Origin: the human T2T-CHM13v2.0 reference genome, Homo sapiens
Length of the DNA stretch: 64,000 bases
Reading direction: 5' to 3' (one strand)
NCBI RefSeq assembly: GCF_009914755.1
Contig: NC_060947.1
Each line of letters opens with the position of its first letter. The first letter of the stretch is position 1. A program made the translations under genes and the position numbers. The notes beneath the pieces are model-generated. The model saw only the letters and a list, made by a program, of their open reading frames with translations, made no database searches and had not been told where the DNA came from. Shown piece by piece: positions 14,191-31,912 of the stretch.

Positions 14191-14799
14191 CTTACACATA
14201 ATTTTTACATAACTGTAATATAGTATACATACTATTTTACATCATTCATTTTCACGGAACTTCATAAATGCTGTTCTTTGACATTTGTATCATTATTCTC
14301 ATTGGTAGACAGGAAATTTGAGATAGAACTACCCCAGGATTCTTGATTCTCATTGTCACTTAGAGTATGTGGGGATAAAAATATTATTCTCCCTTGCACT
14401 TTGGGTTTCCCCAAATGAATGATCTAGAAAATTTAAGTATTCCACTCTCAGGTGTCTTTTGTTATTTCAAGCATTAGTATAACACCCTTAAAATCCACCT
14501 TTTTATTATAAATTCATGCTCTTGTTCATTTTTTGTGAGTAATCCACTGCCCAACAGTGGCTTAAACAGATCATGACAGGACAGATGTGGCTATAGATTA
14601 TTTACTTTTCAAGGGAATTATTATGAAATGTGCAAGGAAGGTGAATGTGACAGTCACCACAATCTATTTTGTTTTATATGTTCCAGAAATTGTAATATAA
14701 CTGTTATTTGGAATTACCAAGCTCACACTGCTTTTTCTTTCTTGTACATTGTTGAGAATTTAAAGAACATTAAATTTCATAGGGACAGAAAATGTTATA

Positions 14800-15245
14800 T
14801 CCCTATTTCTGTGAGTTGCATTCCCCAAAAAAGCAGACTCTGAGATAGAGGTGAGAATTCAAAAAGTTTATTGGGATCCACACTCTTGGGGAAGAGAATG
14901 GAAAAAAACAGGGTTGGGCAGAGGAAGAAGTTTGTCTCAAGTGCAGACACAAGATGGCCTCAATTGATTCTATGGGGAAATCGTAAACTGGGCTGGCCCT
15001 TGAGAATTGTCCCAAGTTCTACAAGGGACACTGGCCCTTTGTTCTCTGGAATTCACCAATGATTGGATATGGGCTGCCCAAGGAAGGAGATGTGATTTTA
15101 GGTGTGGTGGGTCTCTACGGTGAAGGTCAGTTCCTGGATAGAACGAAAAGCTAAGTGTTGTCAACAGTCAGCATCCTGGCTACTTGAGGAATAACTCCTT
15201 CAATCATGAAGGAATATATGGGTTAAGCAGTGCAGCATCTATTAT
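14800..15245 (-). mobile_element. ERVL solo LTR, LTR16A-like
   Basis: AAGCAGACTCTGAGA, TTGGGCAGAGGAAGAAG, TGGCCCTTGAGAATTGTCCC and ATTGGATATGGGCTGCCC match LTR16A as I recall it. Confidence 0.7.
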
Positions 15246-15454
15246 AACCATTTTTTTCTCCATGTCATACCACACATTAAAGTAAATAACTGCATATAAT
15301 TGACTTAAAAATCAGGATTATGGGAGAAGTAGCTGCCCGCAGTTTATTAGGACGTTCTAAGGGACAATTCATTCACTGAATAAATTAAGGCAGGATTGCA
15401 CAGTAGTCAGAAGTTTTACCTATGTACTTAAAACACCATGGGTTTTAACCAAAA

Positions 15455-15630
15455 CTTGTCCGCTGTCTTCTGTGACTTGGGGCAAGCTATTTCAGCAGAC
15501 TGAGCTTAAGTTTATTTATCAAATGGGACTTTCAGTGTATCTTTTTTTTTTTTTTTTTTTTTTTTTTTTGGTAAGGACTAAATGAGAAAATGCACACAGA
15601 GCATGGTGTCTGCTTCATAGTAGGTCGTCT
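15455..15630 (+). mobile_element. MIR fragment containing a T28 run
   Basis: TGTGACTTGGGGCAAG...AAATGGG [T28] GGTAAGGACTAAATGAGAAAATGCA. Confidence 0.65.
15542..15569. repeat. Pure poly(T)28 homopolymer
   Basis: Read directly from the sequence. Confidence 0.97.
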
Positions 15631-15734
15631 CTATAATCATTAAAAGATAATGTTTAGATCTGTGCATTGCAAGTCATTGTACTTTAGAAGCTCAGCTTAT
15701 GTAAAACCATTCTTCTCAAAGAATCAAATAACAT

Positions 15735-16585
15735 TTAAAAATCAACTTTATTGAGATATAATTTACATACCATACATTTGACTCTGTTGAATTCTACAAT
15801 TCAGTGGATTTTTAATAGAATCACAAGGTTATCAACTATCATCACTATCTAAATTCAAAATATTTTCATCATCCAGAAAGAAACCCAACATGCAGTAGCA
15901 GTTATAGCAGTTACTACTCATTAATACCATCCCCCGGCCCTGCAACAACTGCCCAGACTCCAAGTTCCTGCCAATGATTAATCTACTTTCTATTTCCATG
16001 GATTTGCCTATTCTGGACATTTCACACAAAGGGAATCACATGTGGCCTTTTGTGTCTGTCTGCTTTTACATAGCATCATGTTTTCAGGGTTCATCCATGT
16101 TGTAGCATGCATTAGTAATTCATTCCTTTCTATGTTTGAATAATATTCTGCCATATAGATATATGCCATTTTTATCCAGTCATCAGTTGATGGACGTTTG
16201 GATGGTTTCTACTTTTTTGCTATTATGAATAATGCTGCTATGTATATCCGTGTACAGATATTTGTGTGAATACATGTTTTTATATCTCTTGATTTTAAAG
16301 CAAATTGTTGGGTCGTATGGGAACTCTATGTTTAACTTTTTGAGGAACTGCCAAACTCTTTTTAAAAGTGGCTGCAACATTTCGTATTCCCACCAGCTAC
16401 ATATGAGGTCTCCAAAAGACATCTGTCTTTTTGGTTATTGCCATCCTAGTGGGTGTAAAGTGGTATCACATGGTTTTGATTTGCATTTCCCTAATGACTA
16501 ATGTTGTTTGAGCATCTTTTCATGTGCTTATTGGCCATTTGTGTATCTTTTTTGGAGAAATATTTATTCAGAAACTTTGCCCATT
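15735..16585 (-). mobile_element. L1MB 3' end
   Basis: CAACTTTATTGAGATATAATTTACATACCATA... and a degraded ORF2 C-terminus (ORF 16183..16422). Confidence 0.8.
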
Positions 16586-17507
16586 TTTATTGTGGTAAAA
16601 TACACATGACATAAATTTACCATCTTAACTATTTTAAACTGTACAATTCAGTGGCATTTAGTACATTCCCAATGTTGTGAAACAATCACCACTATCTAGT
16701 TCCAGAACAATTTCATCACCCTGAAAGGAAACCCTGTATCTATTCAGAAATCATTCCCTGTTGTCCCTTTTCTCACATCCTCCCATAACCACTAATCTAT
16801 ATTATTTTTATCCTTTTGGATTTGCTTTTTCTGGACATTTCATGTAAATGGAATCATACAATATGTAACTTTTTTCTGTGTCTGGCTTCTTTCACTTACA
16901 TACTGCTTTCAAAGTTCATCCATCCTGTAGCCATTATTAAGGTTTCATTTATTTTTATGGCTGGATAGTATTCCATTGTGTGGATATATCATATTTTGTT
17001 GATCCATTCATCAATTGATGGACCTTTAAGTTGGTTCTACTTTTTGGCTATCATAAACAGTGGTATTATGGATATCTGTGTGCAAGTTTTTGTTTGAACT
17101 CTTTTTGAAAACCCATTATTTTGGCTATTCACTCCTGAGTAGAAGTGATAGCTCTTATATGATTCTATGTTTAACTTATTGTGGAACCACCTAACTGATT
17201 CCCACAGAAGCTGCGCCATTGAACGTTCCGACCGGCAATCTATGAGCGTAAAAATTTTTAAATATCCTAACAGCACTTGTTATTTCCTGTTTTCATTTTT
17301 AAATTAATATAGCCATCCTAGCAAGCATGAAGTGATGCCTCCTTGTTGTGTTGGTTTGCATGTCTAATGATGCCTAACATCTAAGGATGTTGAATATCTT
17401 TTAATGTGCTTGTTGGCAATTTTTTTGTCTTCTTTGCAGAAGTGTCTTCAAGTCGTTTCCCCACTTTATTAATTTAATTGTATGACTTTTGTTTTTTAGT
17501 GTAAGAG

Positions 17508-17539
17508 TTATATATATATATATATACATACATATATAT
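17508..17539. repeat. (TA)n/(TACA)n microsatellite
   Basis: TTATATATATATATATATACATACATATATAT. Confidence 0.85.
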
Positions 17540-17979
17540 TCTGGATAGTCAGGGCCTTGCCAAATACACAATTTGAAAATATCTTCTCTTATGCTGTGGG
17601 TTGGCTTATACTATCTTGATAGTGTCCTTTGATGTGCAAAGTTTTCAATTTTGAGGAATTCCGATTTATTTTTTCCATTGTCGCTTGTGTTTTTGGTATC
17701 ACATCTAGGAAAACATCGCCAAATTTAAGATCATGAAAATTTACCAGAATGTTTTCTTTTAAGAGTTACATAATTGTAGCTTTTATATTTAGGCTTGCAC
17801 TCCATTTTGACTTAATTTTTATGTGATATGAGTTAAGTACTCAACTTCATTCTTTTGCATGTGTCCCAGAACTATTTGTTGAAAAGACCATCGTTCTCCA
17901 TTGAATTATCTTAGCACCTTTGTAAAAAATAAATTGACCGTAGATGTATGGGCCTATTTCTGGACTCCCAATTCTTAAT

Positions 17980-18733
17980 TTCTTTTTTATTAATTTACAC
18001 ATAATACTTGTACATATTTATGGAGTACACAGTGATATTTTAATATATACAATGTATAATGGTCAAATCAGAGTAATTAGCATATTCATCACCTCAAACA
18101 TTTATCATTTATTTGTGTTATGAACATTTAAATTCATCTCTTCTAGTTATTTGAAAATATATAAGTTGTTGTTAACTATAGTCACCCTACAGAGCTGTAG
18201 AGTGTTAGAACTTATTTCTTTTATCTACCTATAATTTTGTATCCTTTAGCCAACCTTCTCCTAGCTACCCTTCTCCCTACCCTTCCCAACCTCTAATAAC
18301 CACTATTTTATGCACTACTCCTATAAGAGTGCTCCTTTTTAAATCTTCCACACGTTAGTGAGAACGTCTGGTGTTTATTCTTATATTCCTGGCTTATTTT
18401 GCTTAACATAATGTCCTCCAGGCTCATCAATGTTGCCACAAACGATAAGAGTTTATTCTTTTTTATGGCTGAATGGCATTCCACTCCATCTTAGCCAAAA
18501 TGCTAAGAAACAATATGGCTGAATAATATTTCATTATGTACATATACCACATTTTCTTTATACATTTATTTGTTGATGAACACTTAAGTTTTTTCTACAT
18601 CTTGGCTATCATTAATAGAGCTGTAATGAATATGGGAAGACAGATGACTTTTTCATATACCGATTCCCCTCTTTTTGGATTTATACCCAGTAGTGAGATT
18701 GCTGGATCATATGGTAGTTCTATTTGTAGTTTA
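17980..18733 (-). mobile_element. L1MA (MA4/5-like) 3' end nested in L1MB
   Basis: ATACTTGTACATATTTATGGAGTACACAGTGATATTTT. The host phrase CAATT(C/T)T recurs on both sides. Confidence 0.8.
18482..18514 (-). pseudogene. 3'-truncated, tailless U2 snRNA retropseudogene (U2 nt 1-33)
   Basis: The reverse complement matches ATCGCTTCTCGGCCTTTTGGCTAAGATCAAGTG at 26/33, with three mismatches at CpGs. Flanked by duplicated ATGGCTGAAT...ATT.CA (18465-18483 and 18515-18533). Confidence 0.85.
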
Positions 18734-19227
18734 TTTCAATTTTATCCATTTGATTAATATGTCTATTTTTATGCATTACCATTGTATTTTGACTATAGAG
18801 ATTTGGAGTAAGTTGAAATTGGGAAGTGGTTGTTCAAGCTCCCTTGAGATTCTGTATGAATTTTAGAGTTGTGTTTTCTATTTCTGAGAAAAGGTCATTG
18901 GGATTTTGATAAGGATTGCGTTGAGTCTGTAGATGCTTTGGAGAGTACTGACAATTCAACAATATAAATTCTTCAAATCCATGAATATATTATGTTCTTC
19001 CATTTATTCAGGTCTTCTGTAATTTATTATACCAATGTTTGGTAGTTTTCACTGTACAAATCTTGTACCTCTTTGGTTAAAGTTTTTCTCATTTAAGCTG
19101 TTGTAAAAGGAATTAAAAAAATTATTGTTCAGATTTAAGAATTGCTAGTATGTCAAAATACAACTTACTTTTGCATGTAGAGTTTGTATCCTGAAACTTT
19201 TCTTACTTTGTTTATAAGCTCTATTAA

Positions 19228-19705
19228 CAATTTTTAAAGTGTACAGTATAATATTGTTAACTATAAGGACAAATTTTTACAGCAAATTTTACAGCAGATC
19301 TCTAGAACATTTTTATCTTACATGGCTCAAACTTTATATCCATTGAACAGCAACTCACCATTTCCTCCCCTCCCTAGCTCTTTACAAACACCATTGTACT
19401 TTCTGCTTTCGTGTGTTTGACTACTTTAGTTACCTCATGTACATAGACTCATATTATATTTTTCCTGTGGCTGGCTTATTTCATTTAACATAATAGCCAC
19501 ACAATTCATCCACGTTGTCGCATATGGCAGAATTTCCTTCTTTCAGTGGTTGAATACTATTCCATTGTATGCATAGACCACATTTTCTTTGCCCATTCAT
19601 CCATCAATGAACATTTAGGTTATTTTCATATCTTAGGTATTGTGAGTAATGCTGCAATGAACTTGGGAGTGCAAAAATCTCTTTGAGATCCTAATTTCAA
19701 TATAT
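19228..19705 (-). mobile_element. L1MA9/MB1-like 3' fragment nested in L1MB
   Basis: AAAGTGTACAGTATAATATTGTTAACTATA...ACAGCAGATCTCTAGAAC...CATTGAACAGCAACTC. Confidence 0.7.
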
Positions 19706-20472
19706 TTGTTTTATATTGATTCCTAAGAAGGTATATATATGTATATATATGACTATCTAGCTCATGTTCTCTGAAAATAGAGATTAAAGCTTCTTCTTTT
19801 CTAATTTGGATACTTTTTCTTTCTTTTTTTCATAATAACTCTTTGTAGAACTTTCAGTACAATGTTGTGTGGAAGTAGTAAAAGAAGATATCCTTGTCTT
19901 GTTCCTGATCTTAGGAGAAAGGTTTCAGTCTTTCACCATTGAGTATGATGTTAGGTGTCAGTTTTTTATAAATGACTTTTATTGGGTTGAGGATACTTCC
20001 TTCTATTCCTAGGCTTTGGAGTGTTTTATCATAAAAGGCTGCTAGGTTTTGGCAAATGCTTTTTATGGATGGATAAAAATGATCAAGTCCTTTTTTCCCT
20101 TTTATTCTATTAATCTGGTATATTACATTTTCATTAATTGAATAGCTCTTTAATTTCTGGGATAAAGTCAATTTTGTTATGGTTTATAATCATTTTAATA
20201 TGCTGCTTGATTCAGTATGCTAATATTTTGTTGAGAGTTTTTGCATCTATATTCTTTTTTTATTATTATTATACTTTAAGTTTTAGGGTACATGTGCACA
20301 TTGTGCAGGTTAGTTACATATGTATACATGTGCCATGCTGGTGCGCTGCACCCACTAACTCGTCATCTAGCATTAGGTATATCTCCTAATGCTATCCCTC
20401 CCCACTCCCCGCACCCCACAACAGTCCCCAGAGTGTGATATTCCCCTTCCTGTGTCCATGTGATCTCATTGT

Positions 20473-22650
<2,178 letters not shown>

Positions 22651-25389
22651 TAAAGACTATTGGTGTATAGTTTTTGTAATATATCTTTGTTTTGCTTCAG
22701 TATCAGGGTAATGATGACCTCATGTTATGTGTTAACAAGTGTTCCCTCCTATTCCGTTTTTCAGAAAAGTTTTAGAATAATTTGGATTATTTCTTCTTTA
22801 AATGTTTGACAGAATTCAGTGACACTGATGAGGCCACCTGGTCCTGAGATTTTTAGTTTTGGGGAGGTTTTCGATTACTGATTTAATCTTTATACTTGTT
22901 ACAGGACTATTTAGGTTTTCTATTTCTTAAATCAGTTTTGACAGTTTGTGTGTTTCTAGAAATGTGCTCATTTCATCTAGTTTATCTAATTTTTGGCATA
23001 CAATTATTCGTAGTATTCTCTTGTAATCCTTTCTATTTATTTAATGTCAATAAGACTGTCCCCTCTTTCATTCCTGCTGTTAGTAAATTGTGCTGCACTC
23101 TTTTTCTTGGTCCATTTAGTTAAGTTTTGTCAGTTTTATTGATCTGTTCAAAATATCTGTATTTGGTTTCATTTACTTTATTATTTTTCTGTACTCTATT
23201 TGATTTATCATTACTATAATAGTTATTTCCTTTCCTCTGACACCTTTGAGTTTCATTTGCTCTCCTTTTTCTACTTTCATTAAGATGAGAACTTGGGTTA
23301 ATATTTTAAATCTTACTTATTTTTCAGTGAGGCACTTTTCACTATGAGTAACCCTTTGGATACTACTTTAGGTGTTTCACATAAGTTTTAGTATATTGTG
23401 TTTTCATTTTCATTCATCTTTATGTATTTTCTAATTCCCCTTAAAATTTCTTCTTTCATCCTTTTGTTATTTAAGGCTGCATTGTTTCATTTCCACATAT
23501 TTGTAAATTTTTCAATTTCCTTTCTATTATGAATTTCTGGTTTCATTGCATTGTGGTCAAAAAAATATTTTGGGTGATTTCAGTATTTAATTAATCTCAA
23601 TAAAATTATTGAGACTTGTTTAGTGACCTAACATATGGTCTATTCTGGAGAATGTTTTATTTCCACTGTAGAAGAATGTATACTTATATGTTGTTGGGTG
23701 GATTTTTCGGCATATCTTTCAGGTCTTCTGTGTTTATAATGTTGTTCAAGTCTCCTGTTTCCTTCTTTATTGACCTTCCATTTAATTGTTCTATTAGTGA
23801 ATGTGGTGCATTGAAACCTCAAACTAATACTGTAGAACCATCTGTTTCTCCTTTCTTCATCTCCGTATATTTTGGAGCTCAGTTATTAGGTACTATATGT
23901 TTATAATTGTTATATCTTCATCATGAATTAACCCCTTTATCAATATATAATGTCTTTACTGTATTATGCAATAATTTTTGCTTAAAGTGATTTTTTATTT
24001 GATATTAGTATAGCTACCTTAGCTCTCTTTTGGTTACTGTTTCCATGGAATATCTTTTTTATTTTTCACTTCAGCTTATTTGTGTCTTTAGATCAAATTG
24101 CATCTGTTGTATATCACATATAGTTGGATTATTTTTAATTCATTCTGTCACTCTGTCTTTTGATTGACAAGTTTAAGCCATTTTTTCTTAAAATAATCAC
24201 TGATAAGAAAAAATTAACTCCTGCCATTTTCTATTTATATTTCTATACCATATATTTTTGTTCCTCGATGCCTCTATTTACTGTTTTTTTGGTGTGTGTT
24301 TGATTGATTTTTATTAGTGTGCCATTTCTATTTACTTCTCATTTTCTTTTCTATATATTTTAGTTGTATTCTTAGTAGTTACCATAAGGACCACAACTGA
24401 TATTTTAAATTTAAAAAAGAAACGTTTGAATTAATCAACTTAGCTTCAATGGTAATAACACATGCTGCTCTTATACAGTGCTGTTGCCTTTCTTTTATGT
24501 TGATATTGTCACGTATTACATCTGTATATATTGTATGCCCACCAACATAGATTTATAATTATTGCTGAGGGAATTTATCTTTTAATAATATAGGAAATAA
24601 GAAAGGCATTACAAGCCAAAAATCATTTTTTCATATACCTGTTGGCCATTTGCCTGTCATTTTTTGAAAAATGTCTATTCAGATAATTGCTCATTTTTTA
24701 ACTGTGTTGTTTTCCAAATATTGCGTTGTTTGAGTTCCTTATATTTAGGGGGTACTAACTTCTCATCAGATACATAGTTTGCAAATGTTTTCTTCCATCT
24801 AGGTTGTCTCTTTTACTCCGTTGATTATTTCCCTTGTTATATAGCTTTTTAGTTTTATATAATTCCATTTTTTAAAATGCTTATATTGCCAGTGATTTGG
24901 GGGTTATATTTTAAAAAACGATTACCCAGAACAATGTCAGGGAACGTTTACCTCATGTTTTCTTCTAGTAGTTTTACATTTTTCAGTTTTTACCTTTTAA
25001 TATTTAATCTATGTTGGTATGATTTTGGTCTAAGATAAGGATCTAATTTCATTCTTCTGCATATGGATATCCAGTTTTTCCAATATCATTTATTGAAGAG
25101 ACTGTTCTTTTCCTATCATGTGTTCTTGGCACCTTTGTAGAAAATGAATTGACCATAAATATGTGAATTTATTTCTGGCCTCTCTATTCCATTCCATTGG
25201 TCTATGTGGTTATGATTGTTCCAGGACCATGCTGTTTCAATTACTATAGCATTTTAGTAGATTTTGAAATTAGGTAGTGAGATGCCTCTAGCTTTGTTTT
25301 TTGTTTTTGTTTTTCTCAAGATTGCCTTGGTTATTAGTGGCATTTTGTGCTTCCCTATGAATTTTAGATTTAAAAATTTTTTTTTGTTA

Positions 25390-28564
<3,175 letters not shown>

Positions 28565-29909
28565 TCGTCATTGGAATTTTTATAGAAATTCAATTGAATT
28601 TGTAGATTGCTTTGAGTGGTGAGGATATTTTAACAATATTCATTCTTTCAATCCATGAATATGGATATCTTTCTGTTTATTTGTATCATCTTTCATCAAT
28701 GATTTATTTCATTGATTTATTTCATCTATGATTTCTCTTTTTCAGTGTATAGGTTCTTCACGTGGTTAAATTTATTTCTAAGTATTTTATATTTTGGTAG
28801 CTGCTATGAGGGATTTTTAAAATTTGTTTTTTAGATAGTTAGATGTTACCTTGTAAAAACACTACTCACTTTTGTATGTTGATTTTTGTATCCTCCAACT
28901 TTACTAAGTTCTTTTATTAGTTCTAACAGTTGTTTGGTGGAGCTTTTAGGCTTTTCTATTTGTGAGATCATGTCATCTGCAAACAGGGACAACTTTACTT
29001 TTTCCTTTGCAATTTGGATACCTTTAATTTTTTCTCTTGTCTAATTGCTCTGGCTAGGTCTTCCAACTACTATGTTGAATAGAGCTGGTGAGAGTAAGCA
29101 TTCTTGTCTTCTTCCTGATATTAAAGGAAGATTTTTACTTTTCACCATTGAGTATTATATTAGCAATGAGTTTTCCATGTATGGCCTTTATAGTGTTGAA
29201 GTACATTTCTTCCATACCTAATTTGTTGAGAGTTTTTACACAAAATGATGTTCAATTTTGTGAAATGCTTTGAGATGTTCATTTGATTTTTTCCTTCATT
29301 TTGTTAATGTGGTATATCACATTTATTGTTTTATGTACGTTGAACCATTCTTGCATCTCTGGGAATAATCTTACTTCATCATAGTGAATTATCTTTCTAA
29401 TTTGCTGTTAAATTCTTTTTGCTAGTATGTTGTAAATAATTTTTGTGTCTATGTTCATCAGGAATATTGGACTGTAGTTTTCTTTTCTTATATTGTAATG
29501 TCCTCGTCTGGCATTGGGATCAGGATAATGTAGGGCTCATAACATCAGTGTTGAAGTAGTCCCTCCTCTAGAGTGCGAGAAGGATTGATATTAGCTCTTC
29601 TTTAAATGTTTGGTAGAATTCATCAGGGAAGCCATCATGTTCCAGGCTTTTCTGTGATGGGAGACTTTTTATTACTGATTAATCTCCTTACTCATTATTG
29701 GTCTGTTCAGATTTTCTGTTTCTTCCTGATTCAGTTTTGGCAGGTTGTATGTTTCTAGGAATTCATTCATTTCTTCTGTGTTAGTCAATTTGCTCGTTAT
29801 AGTTGTTTGTAGTAGTCTCTCATGATTTGTTGTATTTCTGTGGTGTCAGTTGTGATGTCTCTTCTTTCATTTCTATTATTGCTTATTTGAATATCTCTAT
29901 TTTTCTTCT

Positions 29910-31912
29910 TGTAAAAAATTTCCATTTAGTTAATTTTGGATATAAAATACTTGTACATATTTATGGGGTATATGTGATACTTTGATATAAGCATGCAATT
30001 TGTAAATATCAAATTAAGGTAATTGGGGTATCCATTATCTCAAGCATTTATCATTTCCTGTGTTAGAAACATTACAATTCTATTTTTAAGTTATTTTAAA
30101 ATATAAAATAAGCTATTATTAACCATAGTTGTGCTATTGTGTTACCAAACACTGAATTTTATTCCTTCTACCTAACTGTATCTTTGTACCCATAAGTCAT
30201 CCCCTCTTTATCCGGCCCCCATCCCCATTACTCTTCCCAACTTCCAGTAGCCATCATTCTTCTCCCTATCTCCGTAAGTTCCATTTTTATTTTAGCTCTC
30301 ACATATTAGTGAGAACATGCAATATTTTTATTTCTGTGCCTGGCTTATTTTACTTAACAAAATGTCCCCTAGTACCATACATGTTGTTGCAAATGACAGG
30401 ATTGCATTCATTTTTATGGCCAAATAATATTTTATTGTGTATATGTACCACATTTTCTTTGTCTATTCATCCATTAATAGACACTTATGTTGATTCCATA
30501 TTTTGGCTATTGCAAAGAGTGCTGCAATAAACGTGAGTGCAGATGTCTTTTTGAAGTTGTGATTTCCTTTTCTGTGGATATGTACTCAGAAGTGGTATTG
30601 TTGGATCATATGGTACTTCCATTTTTAGATTCCTAAGGAACTTCTATATTATTTCTAATACTGACTGTACTAATTTATATTCCCACCAACAGTGTACGAG
30701 AATTTTCCCTTTACCAGGTCCTCACCAGCATTCATTATGGAATGTCTTTTGGATAAAAGCCATTTTATCTGGGGTGAGATGGTATCTCATTGTAGTTTTA
30801 ACTGCATTTCTCTGATGGTTACGATGTTGAGCATTTTGCATATACTTGTTGGCTATTTGTATGTCTTCTTTCAGGAAATTTCTATTCAAATATTTTGCCC
30901 ATTTTAAAATCAGATTATTTGTTTTCTCCTATTTAGTTGTTTGAGCTCCTTATATATATTCTGGTTATTAATTCCTTGTCAAATGGATAGTTTGCAAATA
31001 TTTTTTCCCATTCTATGGGTTGTCTCTTCACTTTGTACGTTGTTCCGTTTGCTATGCAGAAGCTGTTTAGCTTGATGTGTTCCCATTTGTCCATTTTTAC
31101 TTTAGTTGCGTATATTTTTGAAATCTTACTCAAGAAACCTTTGCCAAGACATATGACCCAGAGTGTTTTCCCTATATTTTATTTTAGTAGTTTCATAGTT
31201 TCAGGTATTGGATTTAAGTTTAATCTATTTTGATTTGAGGTTTGTATATAAGAAGAGATTGGGGTCTAGTTTCATTTTTATGCATGTGTATATCCAGGTT
31301 TCTTAGCACCATTCATTGAAGAGGCTCTTCTTTCCACAATATATGTTCTTGGCACCTTTTTCAAAAATGGGCTGACTGTAAATGTGTAGATTTGCTTCTA
31401 GGATCTCTATTCCTTTCCATTAGTCTAAGTGTCTGTTTTTATGTGAGTAGCATGCTATTTTGGTTACTATAACTTAGTACTATAATTTGAAGTCTGCTAA
31501 TGTTATCTCTCCAGTTTATTCTTTTTGTAAAGGATTGCTTTGGCCATTCTCGATCTTTTGTGATTGCACGTAAATTTTAGGATTCTTTTTCCATTTCTGT
31601 GAAGAATATCATAGTATTTTGATAGGAATTGCATTAAATCTGTGGATTGTTTTGGGAAGTATGAATATTTTAACAGCATTCATTCTTCCAATCTATGAAC
31701 ATGGAATATCATCGAATTTCTTGCGTGCCCCATTCAATTTATTTCATCCATATTTTATAGTTTTTATTGTAGAGATGTTTCACACCTTTGATTAAGGTTA
31801 TTCATAGGTATTGCATTTTATTTGTTGCTATTGTAAATTGAATTATTTTCTTGTGTTTTTTTCTCAAAATGTTTGCCATTGGCAAATAGAAATGCTACTG
31901 ATTTTGTGTATG
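29910..31912 (-). mobile_element. L1MA (MA3/4-like), 5'-truncated and nested
   Basis: ATACTTGTACATATTTATGGGGTATATGTGATAC 3' terminus. ORF 30933..31133 is an ORF2 remnant. Degenerate TTTTTC..TTGT.AAA on both flanks. Confidence 0.8.

Noticed and set aside
28691-28735. Short tandem duplications (also near 19270-19295 and 53760-53790)
   Set aside because: These are ordinary slippage microduplications inside dead L1s.
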